The translations under genes and the position numbers were made by a program. This document shows, one piece after another, positions 1-9,019 of a DNA stretch of 64,000 nucleotides. Source of the DNA: Alphaproteobacteria bacterium (GTDB lineage: Bacteria; Pseudomonadota; Alphaproteobacteria; UBA828); NCBI GenBank assembly GCA_965221125.1, contig CBDCRW010000007.1:768001-832000 (forward strand). The letters are read 5' to 3'. Under the pieces are notes generated by a model. It was not told the DNA's origin. It did no database searches and saw nothing but the letters and a program-made list of their open reading frames with translations. Position 1 is the stretch's first letter. The number at the start of each line of letters is the position of its first letter.

Positions 1-149
1 TAGCGGGTGTTGCCGCCGCGCTCTTCCCTCGGCGCGCGCTCCAGCAGGGCCACCCGCGCACCCGCTTGCTGGGCGCTCACGGCCGCCGAAAGGCCCGCGA
101 TGCCGCAGCCCACCACGATCACGTCGTAGCTATTGTCTCCGATGCCCAC
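1..149 (-). CDS. FAD-dependent oxidoreductase, TcuA (tricarballylate dehydrogenase)/flavocytochrome c-like, N-terminal part only (runs off window)
   Basis: Manual translation from GTG at 149: MGIGDNSYDVIVVGCGIAGLSAAVSAQQAGARVALLERAPREERGGNTR(Y). Rossmann GxGxxG plus the ERAPxxxRGGNTR motif typical of the TcuA family. Not in the ORF track. Confidence 0.8.
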   Translation of the reverse strand, partial: MGIGDNSYDVIVVGCGIAGLSAAVSAQQAGARVALLERAPREERGGNTR

Positions 150-229
150 GCTTGGCCGTCTCCCGCCGATTGCGACTTTCAGGCCGGCTATCTAACTTGC
201 GCGCGCACGCACGGCAATGCGGGGGCGGA

Positions 230-2590
230 ATGGCAGACGGCATCGGCGCGGCGGAGAGACGGGCGGAGGACGAGCGCTTCCTCACCGGCCGCGGGCGCTA
301 TCTCGACGACCTCGCGCTGCCCCGCCAAGCGTGGGGCTGCGTGGTGCGCTCGCCCCACGCCCATGCCGAGATCGGTGCGATCGAGACCGAGGCTGCCTTG
401 GCGATGCCGGGCGTGTACGCCGTCTACACTGCTGCCGACCTTGCGGCAGCGGGGATCGGTGCGATCCCCTGCGTTATGGCGCCCAGGAGCGTCGACGGTA
501 GCGCCGCCGCTCTGCCGCCGCGTCCCGTGCTCGCGTCCGGGCGCGTGCGCATGGTGGGCGACCCGGTCGCCTTCGTCGTGGCGGAGAGCGGGGCCGAAGC
601 CCGCGAAGCAGCCGAGGCGGTCACCGTCACGTATCGGCCGCTCCCGGCGGTGACGGACGCGAAGGCAGCGCTCGGCAAGGACGCACCCCCGCTCCACGAG
701 GAAGCGCCCGGCAATCTCTGTCTCGATTGGGAGCTGGGCGAGCGGGAGGCGACGGAGGAGGCGCTGAGCGTAGCGGCCCATCGGGTAAGCATGGAGACCC
801 GCAGCCCGCGGGTCACAGTCTGCCCCATGGAGCCCCGGGCCGCGCTCGGCGCCTACGATCCCGGAAGCGGCGATTACACGCTGACGGCCGGCACGCAGGG
901 CGTCCACCTGGTACGCAACGTCCTGGCCGAGCACGTGCTCAAGGTTCCGGCCCGAAGCGTGCGCGTGGTGACCCCCGATGTGGGCGGCGCCTTCGGTGTC
1001 AAGCTCTGGGTCTATCCCGAATACGCGCTCGTGCTCTTCGCCGCGCGCTTACTCGGCCGCCCGGTCAAGTGGGTGGGGGACCGGGGCGAGACCATGGCGA
1101 GCGACCACCAGGGCCGCGACCTCCGCTCGCGCGCGACGCTGGCGCTGGATGCCAACGGCCGATTTCTGGCATTGGCCGCAGACAGCGTCGCCAACCTCGG
1201 CGCCTACGCGTCCAACTACGGACCGTCGGTCCCCACCCAGGGCGGCACGCGCGCGCTCGCCGGCCCCTACTGCACGCCCCTGCTCCATGTGCGCGTGCGT
1301 GCTGCCTACACGAACACGGCGCCGACGGATGCGTATCGCGGCGCCGGCCGGCCTGAGAACGTCTATCTACTGGAACGCCTGATCGACAAGGCCGCGCATG
1401 AGCTCGGCCTCGACCCCGCCGAGCTGCGTCGCCGCAACCTCGTCGCCGCCGATGCCATGCCCCACCGCACCCCGCTCGGCCAGAATTACGATTCGGGCGA
1501 CTTTCCCGCGATCCTGGAGACCGCGTGCGAGGCCAGCGGCTGGCGTGCGGCACGGCGGAGGCCAGGGGCAGGGGAGGGGGCGCCGGAGCGCCTGCGCGGC
1601 ATCGGGCTCGCCTTCTACGTTGATCCCTGCGGCGCCAACCGCAACCAGTGGGCGGCGCTCCGCTTCGATGCGGAAGGCGGGGCGACCGCGCTCATCGGGA
1701 GCCAGTCCACGGGGCAGGGGCACGAGACGGCCTACGCCCAGATCGTCGCCGATCGTCTCGGTATTCCTTTGGGCAGCGTGCGCGTGCGGCAGGGGGACAC
1801 CGATCTCATCGCCCACGGCAGCGGCTCCAGCGGCTCACGCAGCCTCCCCTACGGCGGCAACGCGGTGCTCCGAACTGCAGAAGAGGCTGCGGAGCGAGGG
1901 CGTGCCGTCGCCGCCGCGTTGCTGGAGGCGCGGGTCGACGACATCCAGTTCTCCGGCGGCCGCTACCGCATCGCCGGCACCGACCGTTCGGCGGGCTTTG
2001 CGGAGGTGGTGCGCGCCTCCTTCGATCCGGCGCTCCGGCCGGACGCCGAATCGCTCGGCCTCGACGGCGAGGTCAACCACATGGCCCGCGCGGTGACCTT
2101 CGCCAACGGCTGCCACGTGTGCGAGGTGGAAATCGAACGCGCGACGGGTGTCGTTCGCATCGTCCGTTATGTCGCCGTCGACGACTTCGGGCGGATCCTC
2201 AACCCGCTCCTGGTGGCAGGGCAGGTCCACGGCGGCGTCGCGCAGGGAATCGGTCAGGCGCTTTGCGAGCATGCGGTGTACGACGAAGCGAGCGGGCAGC
2301 TCGTCGCCGGCTCGTTCATGGACTACACGCTGCCGCGCGCCGACGATCTGCCGTTCTTCGACGGCCATCTCGCCGTGATACCGTGCCTGACCAACCCGCT
2401 GGGCGTGAAGGGCTGCGGCGAGGCGGGTTCGATCGTGGCGCCGGCGGCCGTGATGAACGCGGTGGCCCACGCGCTCCGCGACCACGGCGGGCACGATGCG
2501 GTCGAGATGCCGGCCACGCCCGAGGCGATCTGGCGCATCCTGCACGGGCCGTCACCGCCTCAGCCAAAGGAAGGAACCGACGAGTCATGA
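230..2590 (+). CDS. Xanthine dehydrogenase family molybdopterin-binding subunit (CoxL form II-like)
   Basis: RxEDxRFLTGRGRYLDD, RSPHAHA, VGGAFGVK, AYRGAGR, QVHGGVAQGIG and KGCGEAG motifs; ATG at 230. Confidence 0.93.
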   Translation: MADGIGAAERRAEDERFLTGRGRYLDDLALPRQAWGCVVRSPHAHAEIGAIETEAALAMPGVYAVYTAADLAAAGIGAIPCVMAPRSVDGSAAALPPRPVLASGRVRMVGDPVAFVVAESGAEAREAAEAVTVTYRPLPAVTDAKAALGKDAPPLHEEAPGNLCLDWELGEREATEEALSVAAHRVSMETRSPRVTVCPMEPRAALGAYDPGSGDYTLTAGTQGVHLVRNVLAEHVLKVPARSVRVVTPDVGGAFGVKLWVYPEYALVLFAARLLGRPVKWVGDRGETMASDHQGRDLRSRATLALDANGRFLALAADSVANLGAYASNYGPSVPTQGGTRALAGPYCTPLLHVRVRAAYTNTAPTDAYRGAGRPENVYLLERLIDKAAHELGLDPAELRRRNLVAADAMPHRTPLGQNYDSGDFPAILETACEASGWRAARRRPGAGEGAPERLRGIGLAFYVDPCGANRNQWAALRFDAEGGATALIGSQSTGQGHETAYAQIVADRLGIPLGSVRVRQGDTDLIAHGSGSSGSRSLPYGGNAVLRTAEEAAERGRAVAAALLEARVDDIQFSGGRYRIAGTDRSAGFAEVVRASFDPALRPDAESLGLDGEVNHMARAVTFANGCHVCEVEIERATGVVRIVRYVAVDDFGRILNPLLVAGQVHGGVAQGIGQALCEHAVYDEASGQLVAGSFMDYTLPRADDLPFFDGHLAVIPCLTNPLGVKGCGEAGSIVAPAAVMNAVAHALRDHGGHDAVEMPATPEAIWRILHGPSPPQPKEGTDES

Positions 2591-3618
2591 CGAGCTGGCG
2601 CAACCGCAAGACCCTGATCCTGAGCCGCACCGACATGATGGGCCTGCTGGAGCCCGGCGAGTACGTCGATTGCGTCGAGACCGCGTTCCGCCGTCACGGC
2701 GAGGGGCGCTGCTACCTGGAGCCCAAGGGCCATATCGTGCTCGACAAGTATCCGGGCGAGTGGGAGGTCATGCCCTCCTACATCGAGGAGCCCGCCGGCG
2801 CCGGCGTGACCGAGGCCGCCGCCTGCAAGTGGGTCTCGATCCGCGAGCACAACCGAGCGAAGTTCGACCTGCCGACGGTGTTCTCGATCCTGATCTACAC
2901 GGAGCCCGAGACCGGCTTTCCCTTGGCCATCGTCGACGGCAGCTACCACACCATGATGCGCACCGGGGCGTCCGCCGCGGTCTCCATCCGCTGGCTCGCG
3001 CGCAAGGATGCCTCCGTGCTCGCCCTCGTGGGGGCGGGCGACGTCGGCATCGGCTCGCTCAGGACCTGCGCCGCCGTGCGCGACTGGTCCGAGGTGCGGG
3101 TCTGGAGCCGCACGCAGGCCACGCTCGATGCCTTCATGGAGAGCGAAGCCCCGCGCCATCCGGGCCTCACGCTCAAGCCCTCCACCGATCTCGAGGCCGT
3201 GGTGCGGGGCGCCGATGCGGTCGTGACGACCACGACTGGCGCCGCTCCCGTGGTCAAGGATGCGTGGATCGCTGACGGCGCCCACATCGCAGCATTGGGT
3301 TCCGACCTCGCCGGCAATCAGGAGCTTGAGAGCGCGATCTGCGCGCGGGCGCGCATCTTCGTGGACGACATCAGGCAGTGCGTGCCGGACGGCGAGATCA
3401 ACGTACCGATCAAGGAGGGGGCGATCACGGCCAACGACGTGGCCGGCGAGATCGGCGCCGTCATCTGCGGCAGTCTCGAAGGCCGCCGGGACAACGCCGA
3501 GGTCACGCTCTTCGATTCGACCGGAATCGCGATCCAGGACTCTGCGACCGTCCCGCTCGAATATCAGCGCGCCGTCGAAGCCGGCGTCGGCATCGAGAAG
3601 AAGATGATCTCGACCTGA
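2587..3618 (+). CDS. Ornithine cyclodeaminase / mu-crystallin family protein
   Basis: RTGASAA, GAGxVG, FDSTGIAIQD motifs; ATGA overlap with upstream stop. Confidence 0.9.
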   Translation: MTSWRNRKTLILSRTDMMGLLEPGEYVDCVETAFRRHGEGRCYLEPKGHIVLDKYPGEWEVMPSYIEEPAGAGVTEAAACKWVSIREHNRAKFDLPTVFSILIYTEPETGFPLAIVDGSYHTMMRTGASAAVSIRWLARKDASVLALVGAGDVGIGSLRTCAAVRDWSEVRVWSRTQATLDAFMESEAPRHPGLTLKPSTDLEAVVRGADAVVTTTTGAAPVVKDAWIADGAHIAALGSDLAGNQELESAICARARIFVDDIRQCVPDGEINVPIKEGAITANDVAGEIGAVICGSLEGRRDNAEVTLFDSTGIAIQDSATVPLEYQRAVEAGVGIEKKMIST

Positions 3619-3643
3619 CGCCTGGCACGGCCGACGGGCGGCC

Positions 3644-4408
3644 TTAACCGTTGTCCCAGATCACCTTGGGGTAGGGCACGACCCAGGAGGCCTTGAGGTA
3701 CCAGGTCTCCAATATCTCGACCGGCTCGAGCTTGTGGAGGTGCGGGTAGAGGCCGGATCGGCCTAGTTCCAGATGGCCAGGGCCGGTCCAGATCTCGTGC
3801 AGCGCAAAATCCTCGGGCCTAATCAGGAGCAGTTGCTTGATCGGCTTGCCGCCTTCCTCGGGGTTGGGGATCTTCCGAATCTGCAGGAAGTCGGCGTCGA
3901 CCAGTTCGGCGAAGCGATCATCGATCGCGCTGTCGGCGCGGCGGATCGGCGGCGGGCTGGTGACGTTCATGCTGAGCCGCATCAGACACTCGCCGGCGCG
4001 GTGGCAATGGCCGATCGCCTGGCTGCCGTGGAAGGTCAGCGGCGTGGTGTCGCACATGTTGGCGGGCCAGCCGTAAATCTCACGCTCGAAGGTGAGCGCC
4101 ATGTCGTTGTCGACCCAGATGTAGTTGATGTACCAGCCGGTCCACTCCTTGTAGCGGACCATGATGCCGGTCAGGCACTCGTGATAGAGCTCGACCGAGT
4201 GGGTGGGCTGGCCCATGTCGCCGAGCCAGGCCAGCACGAGGTTGGGTTCGACCGGCTCCAGCGGCTCCGGCACCTCGAAGGCGACCGCGTCCGGGTCGGC
4301 GCGGTAGGCCATCATCAGGATCTTGCTGGCAGGCGTCGCGTAGAACGGTGGCGCCGTGAAAGTCGGCGCCGCGAGCGGCATCGAATAGCCTTCTTCGTGC
4401 TCCTTCAT
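3644..4408 (-). CDS. Acetoacetate decarboxylase-like superfamily protein
   Basis: YSMP..AP, VPEPLEP, YHEC, REIYGWP motifs; GGGAG RBS. Confidence 0.85.
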   Translation of the reverse strand: MKEHEEGYSMPLAAPTFTAPPFYATPASKILMMAYRADPDAVAFEVPEPLEPVEPNLVLAWLGDMGQPTHSVELYHECLTGIMVRYKEWTGWYINYIWVDNDMALTFEREIYGWPANMCDTTPLTFHGSQAIGHCHRAGECLMRLSMNVTSPPPIRRADSAIDDRFAELVDADFLQIRKIPNPEEGGKPIKQLLLIRPEDFALHEIWTGPGHLELGRSGLYPHLHKLEPVEILETWYLKASWVVPYPKVIWDNG

Positions 4409-4508
4409 GATCTCCCTCTCGTGGTTGGGCGCGCTGGCTCGAGCGGCGCGGCGAGTGTGGGGGCGCCGGTGGGGCCGGTCAACCCGATCCCGATGCGCAG
4501 CCGCGCGC

Positions 4509-5261
4509 CTAATACGTCGCGCGGCCGCCGGAAAGATCGAACACGCCGCCGGTCGAGAAGGAGCAGTCTTCGGAGCAGAGCCAGGCGACCATGGCGGCGA
4601 TCTCCTCCGGCAGTCCGAAGCGCCCCATCGGGATCTTCGACCTCATCATGTCGATGTGGGCTTGCGTCATCTGGTCGAAGATGCGGGTCTCCACTGCCGC
4701 AGGGGTCACGCAATTCACCAGCACGCCGCTGCCGGCAAGCTCCTTGCCGAGGCTCTTGGTGAGTGCAATGAGGCCGCCCTTCGCCGCGCTGTAGGCAGGC
4801 GCGTTGGCGTTGCCCTCCTTGCCGGCGACCGAAGCGATGTTGACGATGCGCCCGTATCCGGCGTCCTTCATCTGCGGCACCACCGCGCGGCAGACCAGGT
4901 AGGGGCCGTTCAGGTCGATGTCGATGACCCGGCGCCAGTCGTCCACGGGGTACTCCCATGTCGTCATGTTGGGGCCGGAGATGCCGGCGTTGTTGACGAC
5001 GATGTCGATGCCGGCGGCGCTCGCCTGCGTCTCGTGGAGCGCCGCCTCGACCGCGTCCGGATCCGACACGTCGACCTCGATCCACCCTGCGGGACCGCCG
5101 CCGGCCCAGTCCGCCTGCGCGTGCCTCATGGCGGCCGCGTCGAAGTCCCAGACGTAGACACATGCGCCTGAGGCCTGCAGCCGCTCGGCAATCGCGCGCC
5201 CGAGCCCCTGGGCGCCGCCGGTCACGATGGCCCGCCGGCCGTTCAGGTCGATGGTGTTCAT
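4509..5261 (-). CDS. SDR family NAD(P)-dependent oxidoreductase
   Basis: TGGAQGLG, NNAG, YSAAK, DLSGGRATY end; start MNTIDL with GAGGG RBS. Confidence 0.93.
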   Translation of the reverse strand: MNTIDLNGRRAIVTGGAQGLGRAIAERLQASGACVYVWDFDAAAMRHAQADWAGGGPAGWIEVDVSDPDAVEAALHETQASAAGIDIVVNNAGISGPNMTTWEYPVDDWRRVIDIDLNGPYLVCRAVVPQMKDAGYGRIVNIASVAGKEGNANAPAYSAAKGGLIALTKSLGKELAGSGVLVNCVTPAAVETRIFDQMTQAHIDMMRSKIPMGRFGLPEEIAAMVAWLCSEDCSFSTGGVFDLSGGRATY

Positions 5262-5289
5262 GGTTCTTGTCCCTCTTGGCATTCGCGCG

Positions 5290-5688
5290 TCATGAGCTGG
5301 CCGGCAACCACGACACTTCATAACGCGCGATCTGAGTGTCCTCGGTGACGATCGTCAGGTCGTCAGCGAGCGCTTGCGCGATCAACATGCGGTCGAACGG
5401 ATCCCGGTGAAGGAACGGGAGCGACTCTAATCGATCAATGTGCCTGAAAGCGATTGGCAGCGCCCTAAAGCCGCTCTCGGAGACGCCCTCCTCGAATCGG
5501 GAATCGAGCCGGAGCTTGCCAATCGAAATCTTGATGGCCGCCTCCCAGGCCGAGGCCATGCTGACGTAAACGGTCTCGGCCTCGGCGATGGCATGCAACG
5601 CGTCCGCGCCAACTCGCGACTGGGCCGCGCGCCACCAGAGGAAGGTGTGAGTATCAAGAAGCAGGCGGCTCGCTATCGTCGCCGCCAT
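5290..5688 (-). CDS. vapC: Type II toxin, VapC/PIN-domain ribonuclease
   Basis: LLLDTHTFLWW, SAWE, HRDPFDRMLIAQA motifs; overlaps the upstream antitoxin. Confidence 0.92.
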   Translation of the reverse strand: MAATIASRLLLDTHTFLWWRAAQSRVGADALHAIAEAETVYVSMASAWEAAIKISIGKLRLDSRFEEGVSESGFRALPIAFRHIDRLESLPFLHRDPFDRMLIAQALADDLTIVTEDTQIARYEVSWLPASS

Positions 5689-5914
5689 AGAACGCGTCCT
5701 CTAACGCCTTTGGGAGCGGTGCGTCGAAGTCGTCGGCCATCCAGACCTTCCCCTCCCAGCCGCCGGGCTTGCGCGGGCGCATCGAGGGTTCCAGCGCGAC
5801 CAACCGCGCCACTGGCCGGTTGTGCTTGGCGATGACGATCTCCTCGCCGCCCGCTGCCTCTTCGACGAGGCGCGACAGGTGGGTCTTCGCTTGATGGATA
5901 TTGACCGTGCGCAT
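5654..5914 (-). CDS. Type II antitoxin, Phd/YefM family
   Basis: MRTVNIHQAKTHLSRLVEEAAGGEEIVIAKHNRPVARL; DDFDAPLP. Confidence 0.93.
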   Translation of the reverse strand: MRTVNIHQAKTHLSRLVEEAAGGEEIVIAKHNRPVARLVALEPSMRPRKPGGWEGKVWMADDFDAPLPKALEDAFYGGDDSEPPAS

Positions 5915-5949
5915 TTAGTTAAACTAAGTCTAACCAGATCAACTGTCAA
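5915..5949 (-). promoter_or_regulatory. Sigma70 promoter and palindromic operator of the TA operon (leaderless transcript)
   Basis: Minus strand reads TTGACA(5949-5944)-17 nt-TAGTTT(5926-5921)-6 nt-ATG; inverted repeat TTAGTT-A-AACTAA at 5915-5927. Confidence 0.8.
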
Positions 5950-6064
5950 GTTGTCTTTCGTTCGGTTGTCCCGCGGCCATCCGCTCGCGAGCGTGCGCTG
6001 CGGCAGCACGGGCGCTATCTCGCTCTGGCGCCCGTGACCGTCTCGGGCCAGGATGCGGGCCACT

Positions 6065-6949
6065 ATGGACCGGATCGTCGACTCCCACCACCACATCTGG
6101 CGTCAGCAGGATCTGCCGTGGCTTCTCGGCCCGATGCAGCCCCGCATCTTCGGCCCCTACGAGCCGATCCGCCGCGACTACGCCATCGAGGAATACCTGG
6201 GCGACATCGCCGGCAGCGGCGTTGCGCAGTCGATCTACGTGCAGGCCAATTGGGCGCCCGAGCGCGCCGTGGACGAGGTGGCGTGGGTGCAGGCGGAGGC
6301 TGACCGGACGGGCTATCCCCACGCCATCGTCGGTTACGCCGATCTGCGGGATGCTGACGTCGGCGACGTCCTCGAAGCACAGAGCCAGTACCCGCTGCTG
6401 CGCGGCATCCGCATGCAACTCCACTGGCACGAGAACGAGCAGTACCGCTTCGCCGTCGGGCCGGCGGTGATGAACGACGCGGCACTGCGCCGCAACGTGG
6501 ACCTCTTGGCAAGGCACGACCTCGTCTTCGAGCTTCAGGTCTTCACCGAGCAAATGGAGGATGGCGCCTCCTTCGCCGGGGCGTTTCCCGACGTGCCGAT
6601 GGTGCTTGCCCACTGCGGTATGCCCGAGGACCTGACGCCGGAGGGCTGGCACGCCTGGCGCAAGGGGATGGAACGGCTCGCCGCCGTGCCCAGCGTCTTC
6701 GTGAAGCTCTCGGGCCTTGGCACGTTCGTTCATTGTCTCGACGAGGCGCATATCACGCGCACGGTGCGAGAGACCGTTGAGCTCTTCGGACCCGAACGCT
6801 GCCTCTGGGGCAGCAACTTCCCGATCGAAAAACTCTGGACCGATTACGCGAGCCTCGTCGAGGGCTACCGGAAGGCGCTGGCCCGTTTGAGCCCGGCGGC
6901 TCGGGAAGCGATTTTTTGCGGCACCGCGCGGCGGCTGTATCGGCTTTAG
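6065..6949 (+). CDS. Amidohydrolase_2 family protein (lactonase-like)
   Basis: IVDSHHHIW, HCGMP, VKLSG, WGSNFP motifs; start could also be 6053. Confidence 0.9.
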   Translation: MDRIVDSHHHIWRQQDLPWLLGPMQPRIFGPYEPIRRDYAIEEYLGDIAGSGVAQSIYVQANWAPERAVDEVAWVQAEADRTGYPHAIVGYADLRDADVGDVLEAQSQYPLLRGIRMQLHWHENEQYRFAVGPAVMNDAALRRNVDLLARHDLVFELQVFTEQMEDGASFAGAFPDVPMVLAHCGMPEDLTPEGWHAWRKGMERLAAVPSVFVKLSGLGTFVHCLDEAHITRTVRETVELFGPERCLWGSNFPIEKLWTDYASLVEGYRKALARLSPAAREAIFCGTARRLYRL

Positions 6950-7004
6950 CCGACGTGGGGGTGCTATCGCCGAAGCGAGAAGAGCAGATACGAAAGGAAC
7001 GGTA

Positions 7005-7409
7005 ATGGCGATCCAACGCGTGCTGACGCCCCATGTGCCCGAGCCGGCGCCCGGCCTCTGGTCCAACTGCCTGCGCCACGGCAACAACGTCTATGTCGCG
7101 GGCCTCGTGGCGGTGGATGCGGACTTCAACGTGCTCGCCGTGGGCGATCCGGGCGAACAGTCGCGCATCATCTTCCGCAGCATCCGCCACTATCTCGAGG
7201 CGGCGGGCGGGAGCCTCGCCGACGTGGTCCGCATGCGGATCTATCTTTCGAACCTGGAGCGCGACCGCCCTGCGTTCCTGGCCGCGCGGCAGGAGTTCTT
7301 CACTGGCAACTTCCCGTGCTCCACGCTGGTTGAGGTCTCGGCGCTGGTCTCGCCGGAGATGCTGGTCGAGGTCGATGCCGATGCGATCATCGGCGCCGGC
7401 ACGGCATAG
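7005..7409 (+). CDS. RidA/YjgF family protein
   Basis: AGGSLADVV, FPCSTLVEVSALV, LVEVDA. Confidence 0.9.
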   Translation: MAIQRVLTPHVPEPAPGLWSNCLRHGNNVYVAGLVAVDADFNVLAVGDPGEQSRIIFRSIRHYLEAAGGSLADVVRMRIYLSNLERDRPAFLAARQEFFTGNFPCSTLVEVSALVSPEMLVEVDADAIIGAGTA

Positions 7410-7487
7410 CATCGGGCGCACGGCATGATAGAGTCTGTTCGCCGCCGGGCGAGAGCGAGGCGTATTGTCGCAAAGGGAGGGAATGGG

Positions 7488-8384
7488 ATGATCGAGGTCA
7501 ATTCACCGCGGCTGCTGGATCTCGTGGCCGAAGATGCAGCTGTCGACCAGGTTTGCACGGGCTTTGTTTTTACCGAAGGGCCGATCTGGCACCCCCAAGA
7601 GCAATGCCTCTATTTCAGTGACATCCCGGCGGATACGCGCCGGCGTTGGAGCGCGGCGGATGGGGCGAGCGACGTGCGCCACCCCAACAACAAGGGCAAC
7701 GGCATGACGCTGGATGCCGACCTGAATCTCTACATCTGCGAGCACGTGACCAGCGTGCTGGCGCGCGAGACACCGTCCGGCGAGCGCCAGGTTCTTGCCT
7801 CGCATTACAACGGCAAGGAGCTGAACAGCCCCAACGACGTGGTCGTGAAATCCGACGGCTCGGTCTACTTCTCCGATCCGTGGTACGGGCGCATGCCGGT
7901 CTACGGTCTGGAGCGCGAGCGGGAGCTGGGCTTCCAGGCGGTCTTCCGCATCGCGCCCAACGGTGAGCTTCACTGCGAGGTCGATGACTTCGATCAGCCG
8001 AACGGCCTCTGCTTCTCGCCCGACGAGAGCATCCTCTACATCAACGACACCACGCGCGCCCACATCCGGGTGTTCGACGTGGGCTCCGACGGCTCGCTCT
8101 CCAACGGGCGCATGTTCGCCGAGAACGTCGGCGACGGCGTGCTGGAGAACGGCGTGGTCGACGGCATGAAATGCGATGAGCACGGCAACGTCTACGTAAC
8201 CGGCCCGCGCGGCTTCTGGGTCTTCGCGCCGGACGGCGAGCATCTCGGCGTCATCGGGGTGCCCGAGCACTCGGCCAACCTCAACTGGGGCGGCAGCGGG
8301 TGGAACGAGCTCTATTGCACGTGCTCGACCTCGGTCTATCGGATCGCGCTCAAGGTGGCCGGCAACCGCCTGGCCTACATGTAG
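7488..8384 (+). CDS. SMP-30/gluconolactonase family protein
   Basis: FTEGPIW, LNSPND, PNGLCFSPDE, DGMKCD; GGAGG RBS before ATG 7488. Confidence 0.92.
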   Translation: MIEVNSPRLLDLVAEDAAVDQVCTGFVFTEGPIWHPQEQCLYFSDIPADTRRRWSAADGASDVRHPNNKGNGMTLDADLNLYICEHVTSVLARETPSGERQVLASHYNGKELNSPNDVVVKSDGSVYFSDPWYGRMPVYGLERERELGFQAVFRIAPNGELHCEVDDFDQPNGLCFSPDESILYINDTTRAHIRVFDVGSDGSLSNGRMFAENVGDGVLENGVVDGMKCDEHGNVYVTGPRGFWVFAPDGEHLGVIGVPEHSANLNWGGSGWNELYCTCSTSVYRIALKVAGNRLAYM

Positions 8385-8394
8385 GAGGGGACCC

Positions 8395-9006
8395 ATGGCC
8401 TTCGAACTGGACCCCGCGCACAGCGCGCTCATCATCCAGGATCTGCAGAACGACGTGATCGCGGAAGGCGGCGCCTTCGCCGATTCCGGCGCGCCGGCCC
8501 ATGCCCAGTCGCAGAACGTGGTGGAGAACGTGAAGTCTCTCGCCGCGGCCGCGCGTGAGGCCGGCATGGCGGTGATCCACGTCCACTACGTCGTCGAGGA
8601 AGGGGCGCCGGGACTGAAGTTGAACGCGCCGCTCTTCCAGGGCGTTGCCGAGGCCAAGGCGCTGGTGCGCGGCACCTGGGGTGTTGCTGCGGTGGCCGGG
8701 CTCGGGCCGCAGGCGGGCGACCTGGTGGTCGAGAAGATGCGCATGAACGCGTTTCACGACACGCATCTCGAGACGATCCTCAAGGGCCTCGGCGTGGACA
8801 CCATCGTGATATCCGGCGCGTGGACCAATTTCTCGGTCGAGCACACCGCGCGACACGGTGCCGATGCGGGCTATCGCGCCATCGTGCTCACCGACGGGAC
8901 GTCCACCATCAGCGACGAGTGGCACAACGCCGGCCTCAACTACGCGCTGGAGAATATCGCCGAGCGCGTGACCTGCGCCGAGGTCGAAGCCGCGCTCAGG
9001 GGCTGA
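8395..9006 (+). CDS. Isochorismatase/cysteine hydrolase family protein
   Basis: ALIIQDLQND, VEK, TARHGADAGY; SVE at the usual CVE position. Confidence 0.88.
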   Translation: MAFELDPAHSALIIQDLQNDVIAEGGAFADSGAPAHAQSQNVVENVKSLAAAAREAGMAVIHVHYVVEEGAPGLKLNAPLFQGVAEAKALVRGTWGVAAVAGLGPQAGDLVVEKMRMNAFHDTHLETILKGLGVDTIVISGAWTNFSVEHTARHGADAGYRAIVLTDGTSTISDEWHNAGLNYALENIAERVTCAEVEAALRG

Positions 9007-9019
9007 ACGCCTCGGGGCG

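Noticed and set aside
230-2590. Aerobic CO dehydrogenase
   Set aside because: The active-site loop is AYRGAGR, not the form I AYxCSFR, and no coxS/coxM genes are present
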